Shown here: piece after piece, positions 15,485-25,510 of the stretch
Position numbering within the stretch: position 1 is the stretch's first letter
How the letters are laid out: every line of letters begins with the position of its first letter
Source: Acidobacteriota bacterium
GTDB lineage: Bacteria > Acidobacteriota > Vicinamibacteria > Vicinamibacterales > SCN-69-37
Length of the DNA stretch: 64,000 nucleotides
Direction of reading: 5' to 3'
Assembly (NCBI GenBank): GCA_005799825.1
Contig: SYFT01000034.1
Coordinates: forward strand, 7,629-71,628
Program-made: the position numbers and the translations under genes
The notes under the pieces: model-generated
Seen by the model: only the letters and a program-made list of their open reading frames with translations
What the model was told of the DNA's origin: nothing
The model's database searches: none

Positions 15485-16750
15485 CCGCGCCGCGCCCAAC
15501 CCCGCCGCGCGGCCGGTGGCCCACGCCCACGCGAAGTTGTAGCCGCCAATGGGGCCGAAGGCGTCGAGCATCTCTCCGCACATGAACAGGCCGGGGTGGC
15601 GGACGCTTTCGAGCGTGCGGGGGTGGACGTCCGTGAGGGCCACCCCGCCGCCGGTGACTTCGGCCTTCTTGTAGCCCTCGTCGCCTTTCCACGGCAATTC
15701 GTACGACGTCAGCGCGGCCACAAGCGCCGTCCGCTCCTGCCGGCGCAACTCCGGGCCGCGCCGGTCTGGCGGAAGGCCCGCCTCCAGGCACAACACCTCC
15801 GCGAGCCGCTCCGGCATGTGACGCGCCACCAGGCTCACCACCAGGCCGTGTGTCGCCGCCAATTCCCGCGACCACGTGTCCGCATCGCGATCGGTCCACT
15901 GCACGCGAAGGACGGCGGCCGGCCGTTGCCCGTGACTCCGTACCGCCACATGCGACACATCCAGCACCGACGGTCCGCTGTAACCAAAGTGCGTGAACAG
16001 GAACCCGCCGTGCGACTCCGTGGTGCGCCCCTGCCACTTCGCACGAATGCGCATGTCCAGCGAAATACCCGAGAGCGACGCCAGAAGCGGCGTGCTCCCG
16101 GTCAGCGGCGTCAGGGCCGGGTAGGTCGAGTGGATCTCGTGCCCGAGCTGTCGCGCAATCGCGAGCCCGGTGCCGTCGCTGCCGGTCAACGGCACCGACA
16201 GGCCCCCGGTAGCAAGAATCACACTCGATGCATCGAAGTCGCCGCGCGACGTAATGATGCGCCACGAGACCTCCGAACCGGCTGGACTGCCGGTGGCCTG
16301 AAGCCCGGTCACCGTGGTCTGCGTCTGCACCTCAACCCCTCGTGTACGCGCGAGGGTCATCAGGCCATCGCGCACGTCCCGTGCGCGGTTCGAGACCGGA
16401 AACAGCTTGCCGGTCTCTGCCTCCAGTGCAAGCGGAATGCCCACTTCCTCTTCGAAAAAGGCTCGCTGGGCCGCCAGCGGCCACGACCGCAACATCCCTC
16501 GGAGCAGCGGGGAAGGCGAGTCGGTCACGAATCTCTCGGGTTGAAGAGACGACGGCAGGATGTTGCATCGGCCGCCGCCGCTGATCAGGATCTTGCGCCC
16601 GCCGTCGGTGGTGCGCTCGATGAGCAATACCTCGCGGTTCATAGTCCGCGCGAAGATCGCGGCGACCAGCCCCGCCGCGCCGGCGCCGACGACAACAATC
16701 CCGCCTTCGCCCGGCGCTCCTTTCAGTCGCGGCTTCGGCGCGGCAAGCAC
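15482..16750 (-). CDS. HI0933/BaiN-like NAD(P)/FAD-dependent oxidoreductase
   Basis: ORF 15482..16750. It has the dinucleotide fold IVVVGAGAAGLVAAIFA, the GGGRCN motif and a C-terminal GEMLDAFGPIGGYNFAWAWATG segment. The GTG start overlaps the upstream stop by 1 nt. Confidence 0.85.
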   Translation of the reverse strand: MLAAPKPRLKGAPGEGGIVVVGAGAAGLVAAIFARTMNREVLLIERTTDGGRKILISGGGRCNILPSSLQPERFVTDSPSPLLRGMLRSWPLAAQRAFFEEEVGIPLALEAETGKLFPVSNRARDVRDGLMTLARTRGVEVQTQTTVTGLQATGSPAGSEVSWRIITSRGDFDASSVILATGGLSVPLTGSDGTGLAIARQLGHEIHSTYPALTPLTGSTPLLASLSGISLDMRIRAKWQGRTTESHGGFLFTHFGYSGPSVLDVSHVAVRSHGQRPAAVLRVQWTDRDADTWSRELAATHGLVVSLVARHMPERLAEVLCLEAGLPPDRRGPELRRQERTALVAALTSYELPWKGDEGYKKAEVTGGGVALTDVHPRTLESVRHPGLFMCGEMLDAFGPIGGYNFAWAWATGRAAGLGAAR

Positions 16751-18207
16751 TATTTCAGCACGTCATCGACCGGTACCACGCGCACCGGTCCAAGGTTGGC
16801 GGCGCGAATGGGCGCCTCTATCTTTGACAGGTCGCCGACGACGATGATGGCGAATTTATCGGGTTGGATGTACTGGTTGGCCGCACGCTGCGCGTCGGCC
16901 ACGGTGATGGCCTGGATGCGGCCGACATATGCGTTGAACAGCGATTCGTTCAGTCCGTAGATCACCAGTTCACCCAGTTGCGCGGCCACTGAACCTGTGG
17001 TTTCGAAGCCGGCGGGAAAACCCAGCGCTAGGTAGTTCTTCGCACGATCGAGTTCGGCGGCTGGAATGGGCTGCCGAATGGCCGTCAGTTCGTTGAAGAA
17101 CTCGCGTAGCGATTCCACAGTCTTGTCGGTCTGCACGCCAGACGACGCGTAGAAGGGGCCGGCTGTGGAGCGCATGTCGAACATCGAGCCGGCGCCGTAG
17201 GAGTAGCCGTTGCGCTCGCGCAGGTTCTGGTTCAGGCGCGACGTGAACGACCCGCCGAGCACGGTGTTTATGACTTCAAGGACGTAGAAGTCGGGGGTGC
17301 TGCGGGGCACACCGATCCAGCCGATGCGAATCTGCGACTGGGCGGCGCCAGGGCGATCGATCAGGTAGAGCTGTTTCGCCGCGTGCTGCTGGGCCGCGGG
17401 TAAGGCCGGCGCCGCGGGTGTCGCGCCGTTCTTCCAGTCGCCAAATGTCTTTTCCAGCTTCGGCAGGATCGTATCGGGTGTCATATCGCCCACCACCAGC
17501 AGATGCGAGTTCTGCGGCTGGTAGTACTGCGCGTGGAACGCGCGAATCTCCTGCGCGGTCATCTCGCCGTTCGACACGCTGTTGCCCATGGCCATGGCGC
17601 CGTACCGATGGCGCGGGCCGTAGACCAGCCGCCCGAATGCCGCGTTCGCGACCACACCGGCGTTGTCGCGCTGCTGCATCAGCGAGGTCAGCCGCTCCTT
17701 GCGGAGCCGCTCCACTTCGGCTTCCGTGAACGAGGGATGCAGCGCCACATCCGCCAGCAACGGCAGCGCATCGTCCAACTTTGATATCGGGCTAAAGAGA
17801 CCCACGGTGGAGGCGTCCCACGAGCTCCCGGTCGAGATGCTGATGCCGAGGAACTCGAGGGCGTCGGCCAGTGCAAGCGCGTCGCGCGTGCCCGCGCCCT
17901 CGTCGAGCATCGCGGAGGTAAAGCTGGCGAGGCCATACTTGCCCGTCGGGTCGGTGGCCGCACCTGCGCGCACGATCAGGGTGACCTGGACCACCGGCAC
18001 CTTGGGCATGGCGACAATCCACACCGGCAGGCCGTTCGCCAGCGTGCGCTTCTGGATTGGCGGCAGCTTTAACGCAGAGACCGGCCCCGGCGCAGGCGCC
18101 TTGGACCGATCCGGTGCCTGCTGCGCGGCAACCGGCGATCTGAACGCCGCTGTGACCACCGCGAGACCGACGAATATGCCGAGCGCAGCTTTGATTGCGA
18201 GTGTCAT
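16750..18207 (-). CDS. M16 (pitrilysin/insulinase) family peptidase, non-catalytic-type subunit
   Basis: ORF 16750..18207. It has a signal peptide and M16 fold-like sequence but lacks HxxEH. It is paired with the catalytic-type gene upstream. Confidence 0.8.
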   Translation of the reverse strand: MTLAIKAALGIFVGLAVVTAAFRSPVAAQQAPDRSKAPAPGPVSALKLPPIQKRTLANGLPVWIVAMPKVPVVQVTLIVRAGAATDPTGKYGLASFTSAMLDEGAGTRDALALADALEFLGISISTGSSWDASTVGLFSPISKLDDALPLLADVALHPSFTEAEVERLRKERLTSLMQQRDNAGVVANAAFGRLVYGPRHRYGAMAMGNSVSNGEMTAQEIRAFHAQYYQPQNSHLLVVGDMTPDTILPKLEKTFGDWKNGATPAAPALPAAQQHAAKQLYLIDRPGAAQSQIRIGWIGVPRSTPDFYVLEVINTVLGGSFTSRLNQNLRERNGYSYGAGSMFDMRSTAGPFYASSGVQTDKTVESLREFFNELTAIRQPIPAAELDRAKNYLALGFPAGFETTGSVAAQLGELVIYGLNESLFNAYVGRIQAITVADAQRAANQYIQPDKFAIIVVGDLSKIEAPIRAANLGPVRVVPVDDVLK

Positions 18208-18210
18208 GCC

Positions 18211-19575
18211 CTACTTGCCTTTCGGGTGAACGGAAAGCTCCAGGCGCCTGTCGAGCGGGAGCCATCGCCTGGTTGCCGCCTGGATGTCATTCGGTTGAAG
18301 CGCGAGGTATCGCGCCAGGTCTTCAGCGAAGTAGTCGGGATTGCCCGTCGCGAAGAAGTACGCGTTCATCACATCGGCCTTGTCGCCACTCTGCTGCATT
18401 GAATTGAGGAAGTTCGACTCGATGCCGTTGAGTGCGCGCTGCACTTCGCGCGCGGCAGGTGGTGCGGCCTTGAGCTTCTCAATTTCTTCATCGATGATCG
18501 TTGTGATCTTCGCCAGCACTTGATCGGGCGGCTCGTCGGATGGCCGGGCCGTGGCGACGATCTGGAACCGCGAACCCAGCGCCGCACTCGACTGGAATGC
18601 CTGGATGCTCTGCACGAGCTGCAGATCGTAGACCAGTCGTTTGTAGAGGCGCGAGTTCTTGCCGCCGGTCAACACGTTCGCCAGCACATCGAGCTCCGCA
18701 TCGCCCGGTGTGAACTGGGCGGGCGAGTGCCACGCCAGGATCAGCCTCGACAGCTGAACGTTGTCGGTCATCGTTTCCTTGATGACTGACGTCAACTCCA
18801 CTGGCGGCGCCTCGATGGGTGCGGGGCGCGGACCTGCTTTGATGTCGGCGAACCAGTGTTCCACCTTCTTCTTTGCATCCGCCGGATTGATGTCGCCGGC
18901 AATCACGATGCTTGCGTTACCCGGAGCGTAGTACTTCGTGAAGAACTCCTTCACGTCCTCGTGTGTCGCGGCGGTCAGATCTTCCATGTAGCCGATGACG
19001 GGCCAGTAGTACGGATGCGTCTTGGGATACATCAACTCCGTGAGCCGCACGTTCGACATGCCATACGGCGCGTTCTCGTAACTCTGGCGCCGTTCGTTCT
19101 TGACGACGTCACGCTGGCCGTTCACGAGCTGCGGCGTGACCACGTCGAGCAGGAATCCCATGCGGTCGGATTCCAGGAACAGGGCCAGGTCCAGTGCGTT
19201 GGAAGGCACCGACTCGTAGTAGTTCGTGCGATCGGTGGTGGTGGAACCGTTGTTGGTGCCGCCGGCGGCTTCAAGGAAGTTGTCGAAGTCGCCTTCCTTC
19301 ACGTTCTTCGATCCCTCGAAGAGGATGTGTTCGAAGAGGTGAGCGAACCCGGTACGACCGAACTTCTCGCGCGCGGATCCGGCGTGATACCAGACGTTGA
19401 CGGTCACCATCGGCACGCTGTGGTCTTCGTGGAGGATGACGGTCAAGCCGTTTGGCAGGGTGAACATTTCGTACGGCGCCGACACTTTCGGCACCTGCTG
19501 GGCGGCCACGGGCGCCAGCGTGAGCAGCGCCACCAGGGAAAGCGCCGTGGCCATGCGGGTACGTTGCAGCGTCAT
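18211..19575 (-). CDS. M16 family zinc peptidase (catalytic type)
   Basis: ORF 18211..19575. It has a signal peptide, the inverted zinc motif HLFEH (GFAHLFEHILFEGS) and a downstream NAYFFATGNPDYF region. Confidence 0.88.
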   Translation of the reverse strand: MTLQRTRMATALSLVALLTLAPVAAQQVPKVSAPYEMFTLPNGLTVILHEDHSVPMVTVNVWYHAGSAREKFGRTGFAHLFEHILFEGSKNVKEGDFDNFLEAAGGTNNGSTTTDRTNYYESVPSNALDLALFLESDRMGFLLDVVTPQLVNGQRDVVKNERRQSYENAPYGMSNVRLTELMYPKTHPYYWPVIGYMEDLTAATHEDVKEFFTKYYAPGNASIVIAGDINPADAKKKVEHWFADIKAGPRPAPIEAPPVELTSVIKETMTDNVQLSRLILAWHSPAQFTPGDAELDVLANVLTGGKNSRLYKRLVYDLQLVQSIQAFQSSAALGSRFQIVATARPSDEPPDQVLAKITTIIDEEIEKLKAAPPAAREVQRALNGIESNFLNSMQQSGDKADVMNAYFFATGNPDYFAEDLARYLALQPNDIQAATRRWLPLDRRLELSVHPKGK

Positions 19576-19667
19576 GCGCTCAAGTCTACTGTTGAGCGGG
19601 CCTGCCCGCCAGAGCGGCGCCTCAGTAGCGGGCCTTTAGTATCCAGGGTCCGTGATTAACTGTTGGC

Positions 19668-20834
19668 GTGTTCTCGTCGCGACTGCCGGCCCATCTGGAA
19701 TCAAACGCGTTCAGCATTGCTCTTGCCGGCCTTCGCCGCAAGGGCGTCACACTCGTTGACCTGACGGTCAGCAACCCTACGCAGGTTGGGCTCTCGTATA
19801 CGGCTAACCTTCTTGCTCCACTCGCTGACAAGAAATCGCTCTGCTACGACCCGGCGCCGTTCGGCCTCATGGCTGCGCGCGAGGCGATAGCCGCGTCGAT
19901 CTCGCGTCCCGACGCGAACGTGAACCCGGACCTTGTCATCCTCACGGCGAGCACGAGCGAGGCCTATGGCCTGTTGTTCAAGTTGCTGTGTGACCCCGGC
20001 GACGAAGTGCTGGTGCCGCAACCAAGTTATCCGCTCTTCGATCTGCTGACGGGGCTCGACGCCGTCGTGTCTGCGCTCTATCGACTTGAAGACCATGGCG
20101 CATGGTCCATCGATCGCGACAGTGTGACCGCCGCGTGCCGGCCGAATACCAGGGCCGTACTCGTCGTATCGCCAAACAACCCGACCGGGTCGATGCTCCG
20201 CGGCAGCGACCGCGAGTGGCTGGTCGCGTTTGCGCGGGAGCACGGCCTTGCGATCATCTCCGACGAAGTGTTTTCCGACTATCCAATCGATCCCAGGCCG
20301 GATGCAGTGTCCCTGCTGGGCGAGTCGCGCGTCTTGACGTTTACGCTCGGCGGTTTGTCCAAGTCTGCAGCGTTGCCGCAACTCAAACTGGGATGGATCG
20401 TGGTGAGCGGTCCGGACCGGACCGTGGCCGATGCCCTCGAGCGGCTGGAGATCATCTGCGACACATACCTGTCGGTCTCGACACCCGTGCAGGTCGCCGC
20501 GTCGCAGTTGATTGCCGGAGGTGCCGTGGTGCGCGATGCGATTCGTCAGCGAATCCATCAGAACTATCGTGAGCTCCAGCGCATTGCCTCAGCGCACCCG
20601 TCTGTGTCTGTCTTGTCTCCTGAAGGTGGATGGTCTGTAGTTGTCCGTATTCCTGAGACCATCGGCGAAGAGGCGCTGGTCATGGCGCTGCTGGAGCAGG
20701 CGCACATCGTGGTGCACCCGGGCTACTTCTTTGACATTCAGCGAGGCGCGCACATGGTGATGAGCCTGCTTCCTGACCCCGATCTGTTTGCGGACGCCGC
20801 CTCGAAGGTTCTAGCCATGGCGGAGGCGCGATGA
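19668..20834 (+). CDS. class I/II PLP-dependent aminotransferase
   Basis: ORF 19668..20834 with a GTG start. Family segments are VSPNNPTG and the lysine motif GGLSKSAALPQLKLGW. Confidence 0.85.
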   Translation: MFSSRLPAHLESNAFSIALAGLRRKGVTLVDLTVSNPTQVGLSYTANLLAPLADKKSLCYDPAPFGLMAAREAIAASISRPDANVNPDLVILTASTSEAYGLLFKLLCDPGDEVLVPQPSYPLFDLLTGLDAVVSALYRLEDHGAWSIDRDSVTAACRPNTRAVLVVSPNNPTGSMLRGSDREWLVAFAREHGLAIISDEVFSDYPIDPRPDAVSLLGESRVLTFTLGGLSKSAALPQLKLGWIVVSGPDRTVADALERLEIICDTYLSVSTPVQVAASQLIAGGAVVRDAIRQRIHQNYRELQRIASAHPSVSVLSPEGGWSVVVRIPETIGEEALVMALLEQAHIVVHPGYFFDIQRGAHMVMSLLPDPDLFADAASKVLAMAEAR

Positions 20835-22387
20835 TCCGCCATCGCGGAATCTCCCTGCCGCTTTCATCGATGCCTTCGTCGAGCAGTTGGGGTATCGGTG
20901 AGATTCCGGATCTGGTGCCGATGGGGCAGTGGCTGGAGGCGGCGGCGTTCGACCAACTGATGCTGCTGCCGGTCGGTACGATGGCCAGAGGTCAGTCGTC
21001 GCCCTATTCGGCGTGTTCGGCGATGGCGATTGATCCGATTTACATCTCGATCGAAGGCATTGAAGATTTCTCCCGAGCCGGTGGCCTCGAGAGCCTTTCG
21101 TCGGATGTACGCCGTTGGCTCGGCGAAGTGCGGGGAAGTTCACTGGTGCGGTTTGCCCAAGTACGGGAACTCAAGGAAGTAGCGTTGTGGATCGCCTTCC
21201 GCCAGTTCGTCAGTGACGAGTGGGACCAGCGGTCGATTCGCGCGGGCGAGTTCGCGGCGTTTGCGCACCGCGAGCGCTGGTGGCTGGACGACTATGCGTT
21301 ATTCCAGGCGTGTGCCGCAGAGTGGCCCGGCGGCACGTGGCAAGACTGGCCGGCGACAGTTGCGCGGCGCGAGCCGGCGGCCGTGAATGAGGTGCGTCGC
21401 CACCTTGGGCGCCGCCTGATGTTTAAGCAGTACGTGCAGTGGATAGCCAGCCTTCAGTGGCAATCGGCCAGGGCAGCACTGAAGGCGCACGGCGTGGCGT
21501 TGTTCGGCGACCTGCCGTTTGTGGTTGACGCCCACAGCGCCGACGTCTGGGCGCGCCAGGACGAATTCCTGACCGAGGTCTCAGTAGGTGTACCGCCCGA
21601 TGCGTTCAGCGACACCGGTCAGGATTGGGGCCTGCCGATGTACCGGTGGGACGTGGTTCATCAGTCGCACTTCGCCTGGTTGCGGCAGCGCGCCCAACGG
21701 ATGGCCGCACTCTACGACGGCTTCCGGGTGGATCACCTCGTGGGCTTCTATCGCACCTACGGCAAGTCGCCGAGCGGCGAGACGTTGTTCCTTCCGCCTG
21801 ACGAGCCGACACAGGTCGCGCTTGGCGAGCAGGTCATGCGCGTGTTCCTTGAAACGGGCGCCGACATCGTGGCCGAGGATCTCGGGACCGTGCCGGGGTT
21901 CGTCCGTGAATCGATCGCCCGCCTGGGTGTGGGCGGATACAAAGTGTTGCGATGGGAACGCGTCTGGTCGCAGCCGGGGCGGCCGTTTGTGGAACCGGCC
22001 CACTATCCTGCCCGGTCGGCGGCGACGACGGGCACGCACGACACCGAGCCGATGGCGGCGTGGTGGGACGAAGCCTCGACCGAAGATCGGTACGCGCTGG
22101 CGGAAGTGCTGCATCGCGCCGGTGCCGGCGGGTGGGACCCTTCCGCGCCCTGGAGCGACGCCCTGCGCGACGCCATCCTGCGACTCATGGCCACCGCTGC
22201 ATCCGATCACCTGTTCTTCCCCATCCAGGACGTATTCGGCTGGCGCGATCGCATCAACACGCCGGCAACAGTGGGTGAGCACAACTGGACCTGGCGCCTC
22301 CCGTGGACGGTGGACACGTGGCTGGACCGCGAGGAGACGCGGGAGCGGGCGACCTTCCTGCGCGGAACCGGACGGAACAAGCCGTAG
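20831..22387 (+). CDS. malQ: 4-alpha-glucanotransferase (GH77 amylomaltase)
   Basis: ORF 20831..22387. ATGA overlap with the upstream gene. Family segments are SSWGIGEIPDL, FRVDHLVGF, VAEDLGTVP and TGTHDTEP. Confidence 0.9.
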   Translation: MIRHRGISLPLSSMPSSSSWGIGEIPDLVPMGQWLEAAAFDQLMLLPVGTMARGQSSPYSACSAMAIDPIYISIEGIEDFSRAGGLESLSSDVRRWLGEVRGSSLVRFAQVRELKEVALWIAFRQFVSDEWDQRSIRAGEFAAFAHRERWWLDDYALFQACAAEWPGGTWQDWPATVARREPAAVNEVRRHLGRRLMFKQYVQWIASLQWQSARAALKAHGVALFGDLPFVVDAHSADVWARQDEFLTEVSVGVPPDAFSDTGQDWGLPMYRWDVVHQSHFAWLRQRAQRMAALYDGFRVDHLVGFYRTYGKSPSGETLFLPPDEPTQVALGEQVMRVFLETGADIVAEDLGTVPGFVRESIARLGVGGYKVLRWERVWSQPGRPFVEPAHYPARSAATTGTHDTEPMAAWWDEASTEDRYALAEVLHRAGAGGWDPSAPWSDALRDAILRLMATAASDHLFFPIQDVFGWRDRINTPATVGEHNWTWRLPWTVDTWLDREETRERATFLRGTGRNKP

Positions 22388-22412
22388 GCGCCCAGCGTCC
22401 ACACGCCACAGA

Positions 22413-24216
22413 TTGTCCCCGACTCAATCGCTCCGCCTCTGGCCCGGTGTCGTTTTCGCGGCGTTACTCGTCCTGACCAGATTCATCATGCCCGCCGTGG
22501 CGCCAAAAGCCGAGTTATTCGGCCTGGACACGGCTCTGGTGGCGGTTGTCGGCGGGCTGCTGTTCGCCGTGGCGATCCTGGTCTGGTGGATGTTCTTCAG
22601 CCGCGCCCCCTGGTCCGAGCGATTCGTCGCGCTGGCCGGGTTGGTCGTCGCCATATTCGCCATTGGGCCCCTCACGCACATCTCACTGCAGAACGGGATG
22701 ATGGGCAGCTTGTTGTACATCTATGCCTTCCCGCCAACCTTGGGTCTGGCGCTTGTGGTCTGAGCCGCGACGAGCCGTGGCCTCGACACAAGCCGTCGTC
22801 GCCTCACGCTCGTCGCCGCCATCCTGATCGGCTGCGGTGTGTGGACCCTCGCGCGGACGGATGGCCTGTTCTGGGGGCTCCCGCAACTCGCCTGGCGCTG
22901 GACGCCGACAGCAGAAGATCGCCTTCTGGCCCAGACGCCGCCGCGTTGTGCCCCCGACAAGCACGCCAGGCGTGACGCCGGCAGTAGTGGCCACCAGCGA
23001 GCCGGGATCGACGCCGACAGGGCCTGCCACGAGCGAGCCTGTGGTCGCGGGAGTCGAGTGGGCAGGTTTCCGCGGCTCCGATCGTGATGGCGTTGTGCGT
23101 GGCCTGCGCATCAACACCGACTGGTCCACAGCGCCGCCGGTCGAATTATGGCGACGGCCCGTGGGACCCGGTTGGTCATCATTCGCGGTCAGCGGCGACC
23201 TGTTCTACACGCAGGAACAGCGGGGCGAAGAAGAGATGGTCGCGTGTTATCGGCTCTCTATTGGAGAGCCAGTGTGGCGGCACAGCGACCCGGTGCGTTT
23301 CTGGGAGTCGAATGGTGGTGCAGGTCCGCGCGGCACGCCGACGATTCACAACGGTCGCGTATTCGCCCTCGGCGCCACCGGCATCATCAACGCGCTCGAT
23401 GCGCGCACGGGCGCCGTCATCTGGTCGCGCAACGCGGCCACCGACAACGAAAGAGCTCTTCCCGGCTGGGGCTTCACCAGTTCGCCGATCGTGGTTGACG
23501 ATGTCGTGATTGTGGCCACGTCGGGGACGATGTCGGCGTATGACACTGCGACCGGTGCGCCGCGCTGGATCGGACCGCGGCAGCTTGGCAGCTACAGCTC
23601 ACCGCATTTCGTGACGATCGATGGCGGATCGCAGGTGCTGCTCCTAACCGGATCGGGCGCCGTGTCTCTGGCCACGGCGACCGGCGAGGTGTTGTGGCAG
23701 CACGACTGGCCCGACGGTGGAACCACCATCGTTCAGCCGGCCGCGATATCCGGTGGTGACGTGCTGATTAACACGGCCTCTGCGATGGGTGGCCTGGGCA
23801 TCCGCCGGCTTCACCTGACGCGCCCCTCCACCACGGCCGCGACCTGGACGGTCGAGGAGCGCTGGACGTCAAACGGTCTCAAGCCGTACTTCAACGACTT
23901 TGTCGTCCACAAGGGACAGGCGTTCGGGTTCGACGGCGCCATTCTGTCGTCCATCAACCTCGAAGACGGCAAGCGCAACTGGAAGGGCGGACGATACGGC
24001 AACGGCCAGATGCTCCTGCTGGCCGACCAGGACGTGTTGCTGGTGTTGTCTGAAGAGGGCGAACTGGCGCTCGTGTCGGCGACCACCGACAAATTCACAG
24101 AACTTGCGCGATTCCCCGCGCTGAATTCCAAGGCCTGGAATCACCCCGTGATCGTCGGCGGCATTCTCCTTCTGCGCAACAGCGAAGAGATGGCGGCGTT
24201 CCGGTTGCCGCGGTGA
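22413..24216 (+). pseudogene. membrane-anchored PQQ-like beta-propeller protein disrupted by an in-frame TGA and a frameshift
   Basis: A TTG 22413 start gives MSPTQSLRLWPGVVFAALLVL... (TM-rich) up to TGA 22761-22763. The same frame then continues AATSRGLDTSRRRLTLVAAILIGCGVWTLARTDG...WRWTPTAEDRLLAQ. The propeller domain (ORF 22837..24216, EWAGFRGSDRDGVV...) is in another frame. The frame switch falls around 22925-22950. Confidence 0.65.
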
Positions 24217-24267
24217 ACTCCGGCCAGCCCGCCGACCGCCCGATCGGCGCTGTCATTCAGGGCGCCG

Positions 24268-25500
24268 TCATTTTCTCCGCCCCTTGATAAACACATCAAT
24301 GCCCTCAGGCCGTCCGTTGACGAAGTCGAGCCGCGTGAGGCCGTCGGGTGTCTGGCGAACCACCGCAGGAATAGACGACGCGGTGAGATGCCAGCCGGCA
24401 GGGAGGACCACAGAGTTACGCGTGCGGCCGAGGTTGCGCTCGAAGACAAGGTCGGCGCCGTCGAGACGGTAGCTCTCGGGGTGCGTGTACGTTTCGGTGA
24501 TGCGAAGGCGAATGGACTGGCCGGCCTTGACCGGGGTGAAGTGGATCACCACGACCTCGGTCTCCGGTGTCACGGTGCCGGCTTCAATTTTCGCGGCCGT
24601 GATCGCTTTACCCCTGAGCGTCTCGTGCCGCAACACTTCGCCGGTGTCGAGAATATAGGCCGAGGGGTTCGACACGCGTGAGCCCGCCCGCACCACGTTG
24701 AGGTACTTGTCCACGCCAGGGCGAGTCTCCGTGTAGTCGTGGTACAGGCTGAACGCATTTGTCGTTGGCTCCTGCAGGAAATACACGATGTCGCGATCCT
24801 GCGTAGCCCGTTCGGTCAGGCGCGCGCGTTCGGTCGGCTTCTGGCCCGCGGCTTCCCAGGTCCGGTTGTTGGTCAGCGCCTTCGGCGCTGCTGCCGCTCC
24901 CGTCGGCACCCCCGCCCTCATCGTCAACGTCATCGTCGCTGCGCCGGGGATCTGGTGCATGTAGCTCACGGCAACGCGGCCGTCAGCTTCGGACAGGATC
25001 TGCGCGGGAGTGTCACTCGACAGTAACTCGTAGCCGGCAGGAAGGACGATCGTGCCGCGCGGGGCGCGGAGGGGGAGCGTGAAGGTGGCCGCCTGTCCGG
25101 TGCGCCTGAACATCTGGGTGTTACCCGCGTCCAGTTCGAAGCGCAGTCGTCCGAGTCCGTCCTTCGGTACGGGTCGCGCGAGCATCACGCTGATCGCCGC
25201 CGCGCCGAACGCACTGACTCCGCTCCGCGGCCTGCCATTGACGATTCGTATGTCGGCCATGGGCGTGCCCGACATAAGGTCGGTCACCTTGGCGGCCAGC
25301 GCCTGTGTCTGCAGCCACAACGGCAGCGTGTACTCCTTCGCCCCGACGGTAGTGACTGCTACGTCATGGGTGAAGGTGAAGGTTCCGGTATCGGGGGACT
25401 GCAACTCGATGCGCGTGTACGCATCCTGCTCGCCCGCGGAAGGTGCCTGGGCGCTGAGGCTGGCTGTGGTGAGGATCAATCCGGCGATTGCGTTTCTCAT
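24268..25500 (-). CDS. hypothetical secreted protein (410 aa)
   Basis: Distal part of ORF 24268..25665. ATG 25498-25500 has AGGAGA upstream. Signal peptide MRNAIAGLILTTASLSAQA. It starts 10 nt downstream of the serine dehydratase stop. No family recognised. Confidence 0.65.
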   Translation of the reverse strand: MRNAIAGLILTTASLSAQAPSAGEQDAYTRIELQSPDTGTFTFTHDVAVTTVGAKEYTLPLWLQTQALAAKVTDLMSGTPMADIRIVNGRPRSGVSAFGAAAISVMLARPVPKDGLGRLRFELDAGNTQMFRRTGQAATFTLPLRAPRGTIVLPAGYELLSSDTPAQILSEADGRVAVSYMHQIPGAATMTLTMRAGVPTGAAAAPKALTNNRTWEAAGQKPTERARLTERATQDRDIVYFLQEPTTNAFSLYHDYTETRPGVDKYLNVVRAGSRVSNPSAYILDTGEVLRHETLRGKAITAAKIEAGTVTPETEVVVIHFTPVKAGQSIRLRITETYTHPESYRLDGADLVFERNLGRTRNSVVLPAGWHLTASSIPAVVRQTPDGLTRLDFVNGRPEGIDVFIKGRRK

Positions 25501-25510
25501 TGCGGTTCTC

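Noticed and set aside
15393-16265. N-terminal 290 codons of the 1089-aa ORF 12996..16265
   Set aside because: They read through the heptamer array and antisense to the well-supported FAD oxidoreductase gene, and give Arg/Gly/Pro-rich nonsense. The real S9 peptidase starts at ATG 15392, which has a GGAGG SD and a signal peptide.
21588-22412. Upstream 275 codons of ORF 21588..22763
   Set aside because: This is an alternative frame of malQ with Arg/Ser/Pro-rich composition typical of off-frame GC-rich DNA. Only the TM-rich part after 22413 looks genuine.
22761-22763. Selenocysteine at the in-frame TGA of the PQQ-propeller gene
   Set aside because: The context is a hydrophobic TM segment where Trp fits. 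I recognised no SECIS-like hairpin immediately downstream, and the gene also carries a frameshift.
24245-24276. Small hairpin CGGCGC-n11-GCGCCG followed by TCATTTTCT as a terminator of the PQQ pseudogene
   Set aside because: The stem has only 6 bp and the T-rich tract overlaps the convergent gene's stop codon. It is plausible but too weak to call as a feature.
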